A stretch of 64,000 nt of DNA from contig CAWCKH010000004.1 in assembly GCA_963796055.1 (NCBI GenBank), positions 736,001-800,000 of the forward strand, written 5' to 3'. Source of the DNA: an uncultured delta proteobacterium. Lineage in GTDB: Bacteria; Myxococcota; Myxococcia; Myxococcales; Myxococcaceae. This document shows positions 12,772-23,171 of the stretch, piece after piece. The notes under the pieces are model-generated. The model made no database searches, was not told the origin of the DNA, and saw only the letters and a program-made list of their open reading frames with translations. The position numbers and the translations under genes were made by a program. How positions within the stretch are numbered: the first letter of the stretch is position 1; each line of letters begins with the position of its first letter.

Positions 12772-14403
12772 ATGACGTGGACCCAGAATTACGATCCGCT
12801 CGGGAACCTGTTCCTCTCGGCAGTGGTCGCTGCGCTTCCGGTCATCGTCCTCCTCGGGTCGCTGGCCTTCCTCCACGTGAAGGCCCACATCGCGGCGTTG
12901 CTCGGGCTCGCCACCGCGCTCCTGGTGGCCATCGTGGTCTTCCACATGCCGGCGGTGATGGCGGTGGCCGCCGCGGGGAACGGAGCGGCGTTCGGGCTCT
13001 TCCCGATCGGGTGGATCGTCCTCAATGCCATCTTCGTCTACGACATCTCGGTCGGGACCGGGCAGTTCGAGGTGGTGAAGCACACCATCGCCAACCTGGC
13101 CGCTGACCGGCGGATCCAGATCCTGCTGATCGGCTTCTCGTTCGGCGCCTTCATCGAGGGTGCGGCAGGGTTCGGCACCCCGGTCGCCATCTGCGCCGCG
13201 ATGCTCATCGGGCTGGGTTTCAAGCCGCTCGCCGCCGCAGGCCTCTCGCTCATCGGCAACACCGCCCCGGTGGCCTACGGCGCCCTTGGCACGCCGGTCA
13301 TCACCCTCGCCGCGGTCACCGGGCTGCCACTGGACAAGCTCAGTGCCATGGTCGGCAGGCAGCTGCCCTTCTTCTCGGTCATCGTGCCGTTCTGGCTCGT
13401 CTGGGCGATGGCCGGATTCGCCGGGATGGTCGAGATCTGGCCCGCCTGCCTGGTCGCGGGCCTCTTCTTCGCCATCCCCCAGTACATCGTCTCCAACCAC
13501 TTCGGCCCGGCACTGGTGGACATCATCGCGGCGATGGTCAGCATCGGCGCGACGTACGCGCTGCTCCGCTTCTGGCAGCCGAAGAAGATCTGGAGGTTCG
13601 AGGGCGAGGCGGACCACGTGGCCACGGCCGAGACGACGCCGACCACCGCCGCAGCCTGGCGCGCCTGGATGCCCTGGCTCATCCTCTCGGGGCTGGTGTT
13701 CGCCTGGGGCTACCCCGATATCAAGAATGCGCTGAACAAGGTCTCCATGCCTTCGGTGGAGGTGCCTTACCTCCACAACATGGTTCTGAAGTCCGAACCG
13801 ATCGTGCACAAGCCGACGCCCGAGGCGGCCAAGTACGTCTTCAACTGGGTGAGCGCCACCGGGACCGCGCTGCTGCTCACCGGCATCATCTCCGGGCTCA
13901 TGCTCGGGCTGAAGCCCAAGCAGCTGCTGCAGTACTACGTGCACACGCTCCGGCGCGTGCGCTTCTCTCTGCTCACCATCGCCGCGATGCTCGCCCTGGG
14001 GTTCACCACCCGGTACTCGGGCTCTGACGCGAGCATGGGACTGGCGTTCGCTGCCACCGGCAGCCTGTTCCCATTCTTCTCACCCATGCTCGGCTGGCTG
14101 GGCGTGGCGTTGACCGGCAGCGACACATCCTCCAACGTGCTCTTCGGCAATCTCCAAAAGGTCTCCGCCCAGCAGCTGGGGCTCAACCCGATCCTCACCT
14201 GCGCCGCGAACAGCTCAGGCGGAGTGATGGGAAAGATGATCGATGCCCAGAGCATCGTGGTCGCCGGCGTGGCGACCAAGCAGGAAGGCCACGAGGGGGA
14301 GATCCTGCGTTACGTCTTCTTTCACAGCCTGGCGCTGGCCGCCCTGGTGGGCGTCCTGGTCATGCTCCAGGCCTACGTCTTCCCGGGCATCATCCCCAAG
14401 TAA
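12772..14403 (+). CDS. lctP: L-lactate/glycolate permease (LctP/GlcA family)
   Basis: [64 protein letters not shown]. Confidence 0.93.
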   Translation: MTWTQNYDPLGNLFLSAVVAALPVIVLLGSLAFLHVKAHIAALLGLATALLVAIVVFHMPAVMAVAAAGNGAAFGLFPIGWIVLNAIFVYDISVGTGQFEVVKHTIANLAADRRIQILLIGFSFGAFIEGAAGFGTPVAICAAMLIGLGFKPLAAAGLSLIGNTAPVAYGALGTPVITLAAVTGLPLDKLSAMVGRQLPFFSVIVPFWLVWAMAGFAGMVEIWPACLVAGLFFAIPQYIVSNHFGPALVDIIAAMVSIGATYALLRFWQPKKIWRFEGEADHVATAETTPTTAAAWRAWMPWLILSGLVFAWGYPDIKNALNKVSMPSVEVPYLHNMVLKSEPIVHKPTPEAAKYVFNWVSATGTALLLTGIISGLMLGLKPKQLLQYYVHTLRRVRFSLLTIAAMLALGFTTRYSGSDASMGLAFAATGSLFPFFSPMLGWLGVALTGSDTSSNVLFGNLQKVSAQQLGLNPILTCAANSSGGVMGKMIDAQSIVVAGVATKQEGHEGEILRYVFFHSLALAALVGVLVMLQAYVFPGIIPK

Positions 14404-14412
14404 GGAGCTCCC

Positions 14413-15975
14413 ATGGCCCTCAACGTCCTGACCTCCGCCCCCGAAGGCGCCGAGAAGGTTCTCTCGCGGGACGCGCTGGCCTTCCTCGAATCGCTGCACC
14501 GCCGCTTCGAGACGCGGCGTCAGGAGCTGCTCGCCGCGCGGGCCGAGCGCCAGAAGGCGTTCGACCGCGGTGAGAGCTTCGACTTCCTCCCCTCCACGAA
14601 GTCGATCCGAGGCGGGGACTGGAAGGTGGCCCCGACGCCCAAGGACCTGGAGCGCCGCCACGTGGAGATCACCGGACCCACCGAGCGGAAGATGATGATC
14701 AACGCCCTCAACTCGGGGGCGGACATCTTCATGGCCGACTTCGAGGACTCGCTCTCGCCGTCTTGGCGGAACGTGACAATCGGCCAGCAGAACTGCATCG
14801 ACGCCGTCCGGCGGACCATCGCGCTGGAGACGCCGGAGAAGAAGTACCGGCTGAACGACAAGACCGCGGTGCTCCTGGTGCGCCCGCGGGGCTGGCACCT
14901 TCCGGAGAAGCACGTCACTATCGACGGCACGCCGATCAGCGCCAGCCTCTTCGACTTCGGGCTCTACTTCTTCCACAACGCCCGGGAGCTCCTGGACCGC
15001 GGGACCGGTCCGTACTTCTACCTCCCGAAGCAGGAGAGCCACCTCGAGCCCCGGCTGTGGAACGAGGTGTTCGTCTTTGCTCAGGAGGCGCTGAAGATCC
15101 CGCGGGGCAGCATCCGGGCGACGATGCTGATCGAGACGCTTCCCGCGGCCTTCGAGATGGAGGAGTTCCTCTACGAGCTGCGCGAGCACGCCAGCGGACT
15201 GAACGCCGGCCGCTGGGACTACATGTTCTCCTTCATCAAGAAGTTCCGGAACCGGAAGGACAAGGTGCTCCCGGACCGGGCGCAGGTGACGATGACCGTC
15301 CCCTTCATGCGCGCCTACACCGAGCTGCTGGTCAAGTCGTGCCACACCCACGGCGCGCACGCGATGGGCGGGATGGCCCCCTTCATCCCCAGCCGGAAGA
15401 ACCCCGAGATCAACGAGAAGGCGCTGGCCAAGGTCCGGGAGGACAAGCTGCGCGAGGTGGGCGACGGCTTCGACGGAACCTGGGTGGCGCACCCCGACCT
15501 CGTGCCCACGGCGAAGGAGGTCTTCGACCAGAAGCTGGGGGCGAAGGACAACCAGAAGGATCGCCTGCGCTCCGAGGTGCAGGTGACCGCGGCCCAGCTC
15601 ACCGACCCCACCGTCCCCGGCGGGAAGATCACCGAGCCCGGATTCTGTCTGAACGTCGACGTGGCGCTCCAGTACATCAACTCCTGGCTCCTGGAGAACG
15701 GCGCCGCCGCCATCTACAACCTCATGGAGGACGCGGCGACGGCGGAGATCTCCCGCGCGCAGCTCTGGCAGTGGATCCACCGCGGGGCGAAGCTCGACGA
15801 CGGGCGCGCCGCGACCGAGGACCTGTACCGGACCACCCGCGAGGCCCAGGTCGCTCGCCTGACCGAGGGGGGGCCAGGGCGCTACAAGGAGGCGGCTGAG
15901 ATCCTGGACGGCCTAGTCCTCGCCCCGGAGTTCCCCGAGTTCCTCACCCTGCCCGCCTATCGCTATCTCGACTAG
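14413..15975 (+). CDS. aceB: Malate synthase A
   Basis: [67 protein letters not shown]. Confidence 0.96.
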   Translation: MALNVLTSAPEGAEKVLSRDALAFLESLHRRFETRRQELLAARAERQKAFDRGESFDFLPSTKSIRGGDWKVAPTPKDLERRHVEITGPTERKMMINALNSGADIFMADFEDSLSPSWRNVTIGQQNCIDAVRRTIALETPEKKYRLNDKTAVLLVRPRGWHLPEKHVTIDGTPISASLFDFGLYFFHNARELLDRGTGPYFYLPKQESHLEPRLWNEVFVFAQEALKIPRGSIRATMLIETLPAAFEMEEFLYELREHASGLNAGRWDYMFSFIKKFRNRKDKVLPDRAQVTMTVPFMRAYTELLVKSCHTHGAHAMGGMAPFIPSRKNPEINEKALAKVREDKLREVGDGFDGTWVAHPDLVPTAKEVFDQKLGAKDNQKDRLRSEVQVTAAQLTDPTVPGGKITEPGFCLNVDVALQYINSWLLENGAAAIYNLMEDAATAEISRAQLWQWIHRGAKLDDGRAATEDLYRTTREAQVARLTEGGPGRYKEAAEILDGLVLAPEFPEFLTLPAYRYLD

Positions 15976-15985
15976 GGTCGGGGCC

Positions 15986-17485
15986 ATGTCCTCGCCGTCG
16001 CTGGTCACCCCCGCACCGGCCGTCGAGCCGATCCCCGCTCCCCCGAGCGTGATCGACCGGCTGATCGCGGTGGTCGGCGAGCGCAATGTGATCCGCGAGC
16101 CGGTGGACCTGCGCACCTACGAGTGCGACGCGCTCACCAGCTTCCGCGCTGCCCCGAGCGTGGTGGTGCTCCCGGCGTCGACCGAGGAGGTCGCGGCGGC
16201 GGTGCGCATCGCGGTGGAGGCGGGGATGCCCATCGTCCCCCGCGGCGCCGGCACCGGGCTGTCGGGCGGAGCGCTCCCGGTCCCGGGCTGCATGCTGCTC
16301 GGGCTCTCGCGGATGAAGCGCATCCTGGAGGTGGACCTCGAGAACGGGTGGATCCGCGTCCAGCCGGGGGTCATCAACCTCGACGTGAGCAAGGAGATCT
16401 CCGCCTCCGGCTACTACTACGCACCGGATCCTTCCTCGCAGGGCGTGTGCACCATCGGCGGAAACGTGGCCGAGAACTCCGGAGGCGCGCACTGCCTCAA
16501 GTACGGCTTCACGGTGAACCACGTGCGCGGCGTCCGGCTGGTGACTGCTTCCGGCGAGGTGCTGGACATCGGCGGGCCGGTGCTGGACTCGCCGGGCTAC
16601 GACCTGCTCGGGGTGGTGGTGGGGAGCGAGGGCACGCTGGGGATCGTCACCGAGGTCGTGCTCCGCGTCCTCCGGAAGCCGGAGGCGACGCGGACGTTCT
16701 TCGCCACCTTCCCCTCCACCGACGAGGCGGGGGCCTGCGTCTCGGAGATCATCGGCACCGGCATCGTCCCCGCGGCGATCGAGATGATGGACCGGCTCGC
16801 CATCCAGGCGGCGGTCGCGGCGACGGGGGTCGACTGGCCGGACGTGGGCGCGGCGCTGCTGATGGACGTGGACGGCTGCGCGGCCGAAACCGAGCACACC
16901 GCGGAGGTGGCGGTGGCCATCGCCCGCCGCACCGGCGCCCTCGAGGTCCGGGTCCCGAAGAACGACGACGAGCGGATGCTGATGTGGAAGGGCCGGAAGA
17001 GCGCCTTCGCCGCGATGGGCCGGCTCGCGCCCAACTACATCGTGCAGGACGGGGTCATCCCCCGGAAGGACATCGCCCGGGTGCTGGCGGAGATCGCCCG
17101 CCTCTCCCAGGAGCAGGGACTCCGGGTGGCCAACGTCTTCCACGCCGGCGACGGGAACCTGCACCCGCTGGTGCTCTACGACGCCAAGGTGCCTGGCCAG
17201 GAGCACGCCGCCGAGGCGCTGGCCGGGGAGATTCTCCGGATCTGCATTCGCTACGGCGGCTCCATCACCGGCGAGCACGGCGTGGGAGCGGACAAGGCAC
17301 CCTTCATGGCGGAGATGTTCAGCGAGGCCGACCTGGACACCATGGCGAAGGTGCGCTGCGCGTTCGACCCCGGGACGACGTTCAATCCCAGCAAGGTGTT
17401 CCCCACCCCCCGGCTCTGCGGTGACCGGCCGGGGCCCTACCGCCCGCACGCCGCCGAGCTGGCGGGGCTCGCGGACCGGGGATGA
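15986..17485 (+). CDS. glcD: Glycolate oxidase FAD-linked subunit
   Basis: PRGAGTGLSGG, YAPDPSSQ..CTIGGNVAENSGGAHCLKYG, GSEGTLG, HAGDGNLHP, GEHGVG. Confidence 0.92.
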   Translation: MSSPSLVTPAPAVEPIPAPPSVIDRLIAVVGERNVIREPVDLRTYECDALTSFRAAPSVVVLPASTEEVAAAVRIAVEAGMPIVPRGAGTGLSGGALPVPGCMLLGLSRMKRILEVDLENGWIRVQPGVINLDVSKEISASGYYYAPDPSSQGVCTIGGNVAENSGGAHCLKYGFTVNHVRGVRLVTASGEVLDIGGPVLDSPGYDLLGVVVGSEGTLGIVTEVVLRVLRKPEATRTFFATFPSTDEAGACVSEIIGTGIVPAAIEMMDRLAIQAAVAATGVDWPDVGAALLMDVDGCAAETEHTAEVAVAIARRTGALEVRVPKNDDERMLMWKGRKSAFAAMGRLAPNYIVQDGVIPRKDIARVLAEIARLSQEQGLRVANVFHAGDGNLHPLVLYDAKVPGQEHAAEALAGEILRICIRYGGSITGEHGVGADKAPFMAEMFSEADLDTMAKVRCAFDPGTTFNPSKVFPTPRLCGDRPGPYRPHAAELAGLADRG

Positions 17486-18724
17486 GCGCCAGCGCCGCGA
17501 GCCTCGAGACGCTGGCCGCGGCCCGGCAGGAACGCCCGGCGACCCTGGCCGAGGCCGCCGAGGTGCTCCGGCGCGCGGATCGGGACGGGGAGCGGCTGCT
17601 CTTCCTCGGCGGCGGCACCGAGCTCTCGCTCGGCGCTCCACCGGTCGGGGTCGAGGTGGTGCTCGGCACCGAGCGGCTGGAGCGCATCGTCGAGCATGCG
17701 CCTCTCGATCAGATCGTCACGGTCGAGGCAGGCGTGCGGCTGGCGTCCCTTCAAGATTCTCCTCGTTCGCTCGGGCCAGATGCTCGCGCTGGATCCGCCC
17801 TGGGCGAGCCAGGCGACCCTGGGAGGGCTGGTGGCGACCAACGCCTTCGGGCCCCGGCGCACGCGGTACGGGAGCATCCGCGACCTCATCATCGGCATTT
17901 CCATCGTCCGGGCCGACGGTACGGAGGCGCGGAGCGGCGGGAAGGTGGTGAAGAACGTCGCCGGCTTCGACCTCCCGAAGCTCATGGTCGGCTCGCTCGG
18001 GACGCTCGGGTTCATCGCCACCGTCACCTTCCGGCTCCACCCGCGCCCCGAGACGGAGAGGACGGTGCTCTTCCCCGACCTGGACGCCGATGCAGTCCGG
18101 CGGGTGGTGCTCGCCATGCGAGAGGCGCAGCTCGAGCCGGGCGCGGGCGCGGCCCTGGTCCATGAGGGTGGCGACGACCTGGGGGTCCGGTTCGATGGGC
18201 GATTCGAGCTGGGCGTCCGCTTCGAGGGGTTTGAGGCGGGGGTGCGGCAGCAGGCGATGAAGCTCCTCGAGCTCGCCACGCGCCAGGGCTGGGGCGCGGA
18301 GTCGCTCGGCGCAGAGACCGCCCGAGCGTTCTGGGCGAGACACGACGACGCGCGCGAGTCCCCCGCCGGGTTCCGGGCCAAGCTGGCCGCGCAGCCGATG
18401 GATCTCGAGCGGGTGGCCAACGCCGCCATCGGCTCGCTCTTCACGGCGCTCGAGGTCCCTCGCTGCGTCTGTTACCCGCTGCTCGGGCTGGCCTTCGTCG
18501 CCGGAGAAGTCCGCGTGCCCGGCCAGGTGGCCGCCGCGGTGGCCGCCGCCCGCGAGGCGCTTCCCCAGGGGAGCGTGGTGCTCGAGGCGGCCGCGCTCGA
18601 GGTGCGGGCCGCGGTGGACGTGTGGGGACCGCGGCCGCCGGCGTTCGCGCTGATGGCCCAGGTGAAGCAGCGGCTGGACCCGGGAAGACGGCTCGCACCC
18701 GGGCGATTCGTGGGCGGACTCTAG
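17482..18724 (+). CDS. glcE: Glycolate oxidase FAD-binding subunit, with one extra base at about 17757
   Basis: The N-half (GGGT..VTVEAGV) and C-half (ATLGG..GPRR.RYG, SGGKVVKNVAGFDLPKL..DP.RRLAPGRF) join if one T of TT 17757-17758 is removed; span is 1243 = 3n+1. Confidence 0.85.
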
Positions 18725-18736
18725 GGAGCGCGGCAG

Positions 18737-20077
18737 ATGCCGGAGCGGGACCTGATCGAGGATTGCGTGCACTGCGGCTTCTGCCTGCCGCACTGCCCGA
18801 CCTACCAGAGCTGGAGCGAGGAGATGGACAGCCCCCGCGGGCGGATCGACCTGATGCGGGGGCTGCGGGACGGGAAGATCTCGATGACCCCGACTGTGGC
18901 CTCGCACTTCGACAGGTGCCTGGGCTGCCTGGCGTGCATGACCGCCTGCCCCTCGGGGGTGAAGTACGACGTCCTCATCGAGGAGACGCGGGCGAAGGTG
19001 GAGCGGACCCATCACCGCCCACTCCGCGAGCGCCTCTTCCGGTGGATGGTGTTCTCCACGTTCCCCTACCCCGCGCGGCTCCGGGTCGTCGGCGCGCTGT
19101 TCCTCCTGTACACGCGCAGCGGGCTGCGCTGGCTGGTGCGCAAGAGCGGCCTCCTCCGGCTGCTCCCGGTGAGCCTCCGGCAGATGGAGGCGATGAGCCC
19201 GGAGGTGGGGTGGAAGGAGCTGACCCGCGCGCTGCCCGAGCGGGTGCCCGCCGCCGGCCCGGCGCGGGCGCGGGTGGGCGTGGTCGCCGGCTGCGTGCAG
19301 CGGGTGTTCTTCCCCGGGGTGAACGACGCCACGCTGCGGGTGCTCGCTGCGGAGGGATGCGAGGTGCTCGTCCCTGCCGGGCAGGGCTGCTGCGGGGCGC
19401 TGTCGATGCACTCGGGCCGGGACGAGGAGTCGCTGCACTTCGCCCGGGCGCTGATGGAGCGCTTCGAGCGCACCCCGGTGGACGCAATCGTCATCAACTC
19501 CGCTGGCTGCGGCTCGCACCTCAAGGACTACGGCCGGCTGTTCCGGAGCGATCCCGCCTGGGCGGAGCGGGCGCGCGCCTTCTCGGCGAAGGTGAAGGAC
19601 GTGCACGAGTTCCTGGCCGCGCTCGGTCCGCCCCGGGCGGTGCGCCATCCCATCGCCGCGCGCGTCGCCTACCACGATGCCTGTCACCTGGCGCACGGAC
19701 AGCGGATCCGCAGCCAGCCCCGGATGCTGCTGCGGAGCATCCCCGGTCTAGAGGTGGTCGACGTGGCCGACGGCGAGCAGTGCTGCGGCAGCGCCGGGAC
19801 CTACAACCTCTTCCAGCCCGAGAGCGCGGACGAGGTCGGGGAGCGCAAGGTGGCGGCAGTCCTCCGGACCCGGGCCGAGCTGCTCGCCTCCGCCAATCCT
19901 GGCTGCACCCTGCACATCCAGCGGCTGCTCAGGGCGAGGGGGACCAATCTCCGCGCCGCGCACCCGGTGGAGATCCTCGATGCCTCCATCCGGGGCGTGG
20001 GGCTGCCCCCCGGAGAGCCGGACCAGAGGAAGGTTCCCCCGGCGCCTGCTCCGGCTCCGGCGACGCACACCGGCTGA
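18737..20077 (+). CDS. glcF: Glycolate oxidase iron-sulfur subunit
   Basis: CVHCGFCLPHCP and CLGCLACMTACP 4Fe-4S motifs; two CCG domains. Confidence 0.92.
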   Translation: MPERDLIEDCVHCGFCLPHCPTYQSWSEEMDSPRGRIDLMRGLRDGKISMTPTVASHFDRCLGCLACMTACPSGVKYDVLIEETRAKVERTHHRPLRERLFRWMVFSTFPYPARLRVVGALFLLYTRSGLRWLVRKSGLLRLLPVSLRQMEAMSPEVGWKELTRALPERVPAAGPARARVGVVAGCVQRVFFPGVNDATLRVLAAEGCEVLVPAGQGCCGALSMHSGRDEESLHFARALMERFERTPVDAIVINSAGCGSHLKDYGRLFRSDPAWAERARAFSAKVKDVHEFLAALGPPRAVRHPIAARVAYHDACHLAHGQRIRSQPRMLLRSIPGLEVVDVADGEQCCGSAGTYNLFQPESADEVGERKVAAVLRTRAELLASANPGCTLHIQRLLRARGTNLRAAHPVEILDASIRGVGLPPGEPDQRKVPPAPAPAPATHTG

Positions 20078-20603
20078 CGGCTGCCCCCGCGACGATCTGA
20101 TCCGCGGCGCGTACGTCAGTCACGCACCATCTCGAGGTCGAGCCTCGGCTCGCGTCATCGGCTACTGGGCGTGCACGGGGATCGTCGCGTGGGAAATGAC
20201 CGGCCCGAAGCCTTCCCGGAGAACTGCCGATCTAGGTCCCGCCCACCTCAACCCTGGCTCCCTGGTAGCCCGAACCGCGCTCGGACCGATGGTGATCGTC
20301 GCCGTCGAGCAGCACTTCCTAGAGCGCTGCGTCCGTGCCGAACCACCACTGCCGCGCGAGGTTCAGGCCCGCGGCCTGCCGGACGAGCCCCCTGAGCGCA
20401 TCGCTGGTCTACGGAGAAGACGACGCAGCGTGGAAAAGGAGCAAACCAGCCCCGAGGGACTCCCGCGCACCGTCTCCGGTCCTGGATTTCCGGCAAGGCC
20501 AGACGGTCTTGTCCACCAGTGCTGCGCCTCGGCACGGCCCGCGCCCGTGGCCCCTCCCGGCGAGCGCGAGCGGGTCTGCCCCCGACCCGTCGGTGGCCGG
20601 GTG

Positions 20604-21476
20604 CTACTTCGGGCAGGGCGTGACGGTGGTCACGGTGATGCGCCGGTTCTTCCGACGGATCTCGTCCATCGCCTTGGCGCCCAGCTTCTTCGCCTCCGGG
20701 CTCCCCGGAGCCGGCTCGGGTACCGCATTGCCCTGCGTCCCGACCCCGCTGATGTTCCGGAACTTCTTCTCCTCCACGCCGGCCTTGGTGACCAGGTACC
20801 TCTTCACCGCCTTGGCGCGTTCGATGCTGAGGGTGAGGTTCTTCGCCTCCGAGCCCTCGTTGGAGGTGTGGCCGGTGAGGTCCACCACCAGCTCGGGGCA
20901 GGCCTTCATGTACGCGGTGAGCTTGGCCAGGGTGGCCTTGCTCGTCGGGCGATCGAACAGGAACTTCGCCGTGCCCGGCTTGAAGTCGAGGTCGGTGAAG
21001 TCGACCTCCACGGGCCTCGCCATCGCCTCGACGTGCTTGCGGTACTGGTCGACGAGGCCGGCCACGGTCTTGGCGGAGTCGGCAAGTCCGCTGGAGAGCT
21101 GGTCGAACCTGCTCTTGGTGTCGTCGATCACCTTCTGCGCGTTGACCACCTTCCCGGTCTTCACCGCCTCGTCCCAGCTCCCCTTGGAGGTCGCCACCAG
21201 AGAGTCGAGGGCCTCGATGCCCTGGCCGTAACCGGCGAGGGCCTGGTCCAGCTTCGCCTTCAACGCCTTTCCGGCGGCGTCACTGTCGGCGACCGGCGGG
21301 AGCCCCTTCACCACCCCCTGCACCGTCTGGTACTGCTTCTTGAGCTCGGCGATCTTCGCCGTCATGGTCTGCGAGAGCTGATTCCAGGCCGCGGTCACCG
21401 GCCCGAGATCCTCGCTGCAGGCCACCCCGGCGACGAGACACAGGCTCGCCGCTACCCAGGAGACGTTGCGCTTCAT
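20604..21476 (-). CDS. Lipoprotein with an N-terminal helical/coiled-coil region and a C-terminal OmpA-like peptidoglycan-binding domain
   Basis: Lipobox GVAC; helical Lys/Ala-rich middle; GHTSNEG..NLTLSIERAKAV..YL..NRR. Confidence 0.85.
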   Translation of the reverse strand: MKRNVSWVAASLCLVAGVACSEDLGPVTAAWNQLSQTMTAKIAELKKQYQTVQGVVKGLPPVADSDAAGKALKAKLDQALAGYGQGIEALDSLVATSKGSWDEAVKTGKVVNAQKVIDDTKSRFDQLSSGLADSAKTVAGLVDQYRKHVEAMARPVEVDFTDLDFKPGTAKFLFDRPTSKATLAKLTAYMKACPELVVDLTGHTSNEGSEAKNLTLSIERAKAVKRYLVTKAGVEEKKFRNISGVGTQGNAVPEPAPGSPEAKKLGAKAMDEIRRKNRRITVTTVTPCPK

Positions 21477-21670
21477 CGGTTCAACCCCCTTCGCGCGCTG
21501 CGCGTCGCAGCGCGCCTTCAACGCGAGCGGGACCGCCAGTCAAGGCAAGAACGTCTGCCCTGTCCCTTCGGACAATCTCCCAGATCCGGGGCGCGGGCCG
21601 AGGCGGCGCAACGGCCCGCCTCGTCTGGAGGCAGGTCAGTTGCAGGTCGAGGAGAGATGTCGGTGAGGAC

Positions 21671-23167
21671 TCAGCCGCGGAGCCCGGGAATCTCGCCCGA
21701 GACTTCGCCGAGCGTGTTCCCGGAGTAGCCAGCGGCGCGCATCGCGGTGAGCAGCACCTGGGCGGGGTGCGCTCCCGTCGTCTTGAGATGCTGACCCGTC
21801 TTGAGCCCGCCGACCTTCCCCGCGACCAGGCAGGCCATGTTCTCGGTGCTGTGCGAGCTCCAGACCTTCCCGCTGCCGGGGTCGAAGCCGTGACCCCCCT
21901 CGAGCAGGAACACCATGGCGGTGTTGTCCATCATCGTACCGCCCGGCTCCGGGGTGGAGGCGAACTTCGAGACCAGCGAGGCGAAGTGCTTCACGTGCCA
22001 CGCCTGGCCCTTTGCCATCTGGGCGGTGGTGTCGTGTCCAGCGCCGAAGTGGCCCACCTCGTGGAGGTCACACCCCTGACTGGTCAGCGCGTACATGTTC
22101 ATGTGCGACTGGAACATGGTGAGCTGCAGCGACGCCACCCGGGTGAGGTCGCAGACCATCGCCATGTGGATGAGCCCGACGAACGTCTTGGCCCGGTCCT
22201 CCTCGTTGCTGTAGCCGAGGTTCTGGTCGTAGGTGGTGTTCCCGCTCCCGTCGACGCCCTGGTTGCCGCCCAGCGCGGGGTCCGGACCCGGGTCGGCGGG
22301 CTTGAGGCAGGTGCTGGTCTGGGGCGGTGGCGTCGCGGCCACCCGGACCTCCAGGTCGCGGATCTCGTCGAAGTGACGCTGGAGCCGTTGCTGGTCCGCC
22401 CGGCCGAGCTGAGGGAGGAGACGCGCGGTGCGCTGGTGCACCACGTCGAGCACGCTCCGGCGGGTTCGAAGCTGGAAGTCCATCGCCGCGGCCGTGGCCG
22501 GATCCACCCCGGGCGGCACGAAGTTCCCGAAGAGCTGGGTGAACGCCTGCCGCGGACTCACCTCGGCAGGGACGGGGACCACGTTCCCCGAGGAGTCCGT
22601 CTTGTAGGAGATGAGGTCGCGCCCGTACGGCGCCGAGACCGACAGGTACCAGGCCGCCTGCACCCGGTAGACCAGCGACTTGAACGTGTTGCCGGCGCCG
22701 ATCTGCGCCGCCATCAGCTGGTCCGAGGTGGGCCCGTAGACCCTCCCGTTCGAGGACGGTGACCGGACGCCACTGAGCAAGGGGCTGGCCGAGCTGACGT
22801 GGAAGTCATCGGCCCGTCCGCCCGCCGGGGGAGTCCCCCCGTTCTCGGCGGCGGTGGGGATGCGCATGCCCGAGACCACCGTCACCCAGGGCTGAACCCC
22901 GGCTGCTCCGAGGGGAGCCAGCGCGGTCTTGAGATCGTAGCTCGGGCCCACGGTGTCGGGAATGAACTGGCTCAACAGAGTGTCGTCGTCACCGCCCAGC
23001 GACTGACCGTCGAACACCACCAGGTAACGCTTGGGCGCAGCCGCGGTCTGTGCGCCGGCGCGACGAGCGTCGAGCATGCACTCGAGGAGCGGCAGGCCCA
23101 CGGCCACGCCGCCCGCGCCGCGGAGGAGGGTGCGTCTGGAGAGCCGGAGGGGCTTCTTCACGGACAC
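21671..23167 (-). CDS. DUF1552 domain protein with Tat signal
   Basis: SRRTLLRGAGGVAVGLPLLECM; RRSVLD..L...D..RL..H..IR.LE; MVCDLTRVASLQ. Confidence 0.85.
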   Translation of the reverse strand: MSVKKPLRLSRRTLLRGAGGVAVGLPLLECMLDARRAGAQTAAAPKRYLVVFDGQSLGGDDDTLLSQFIPDTVGPSYDLKTALAPLGAAGVQPWVTVVSGMRIPTAAENGGTPPAGGRADDFHVSSASPLLSGVRSPSSNGRVYGPTSDQLMAAQIGAGNTFKSLVYRVQAAWYLSVSAPYGRDLISYKTDSSGNVVPVPAEVSPRQAFTQLFGNFVPPGVDPATAAAMDFQLRTRRSVLDVVHQRTARLLPQLGRADQQRLQRHFDEIRDLEVRVAATPPPQTSTCLKPADPGPDPALGGNQGVDGSGNTTYDQNLGYSNEEDRAKTFVGLIHMAMVCDLTRVASLQLTMFQSHMNMYALTSQGCDLHEVGHFGAGHDTTAQMAKGQAWHVKHFASLVSKFASTPEPGGTMMDNTAMVFLLEGGHGFDPGSGKVWSSHSTENMACLVAGKVGGLKTGQHLKTTGAHPAQVLLTAMRAAGYSGNTLGEVSGEIPGLRG

Positions 23168-23171
23168 GGCG

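Noticed and set aside
17750..17765. Programmed ribosomal frameshift in glcE
   Set aside because: No slippery heptamer or obvious stimulatory structure; a single extra T explains it.
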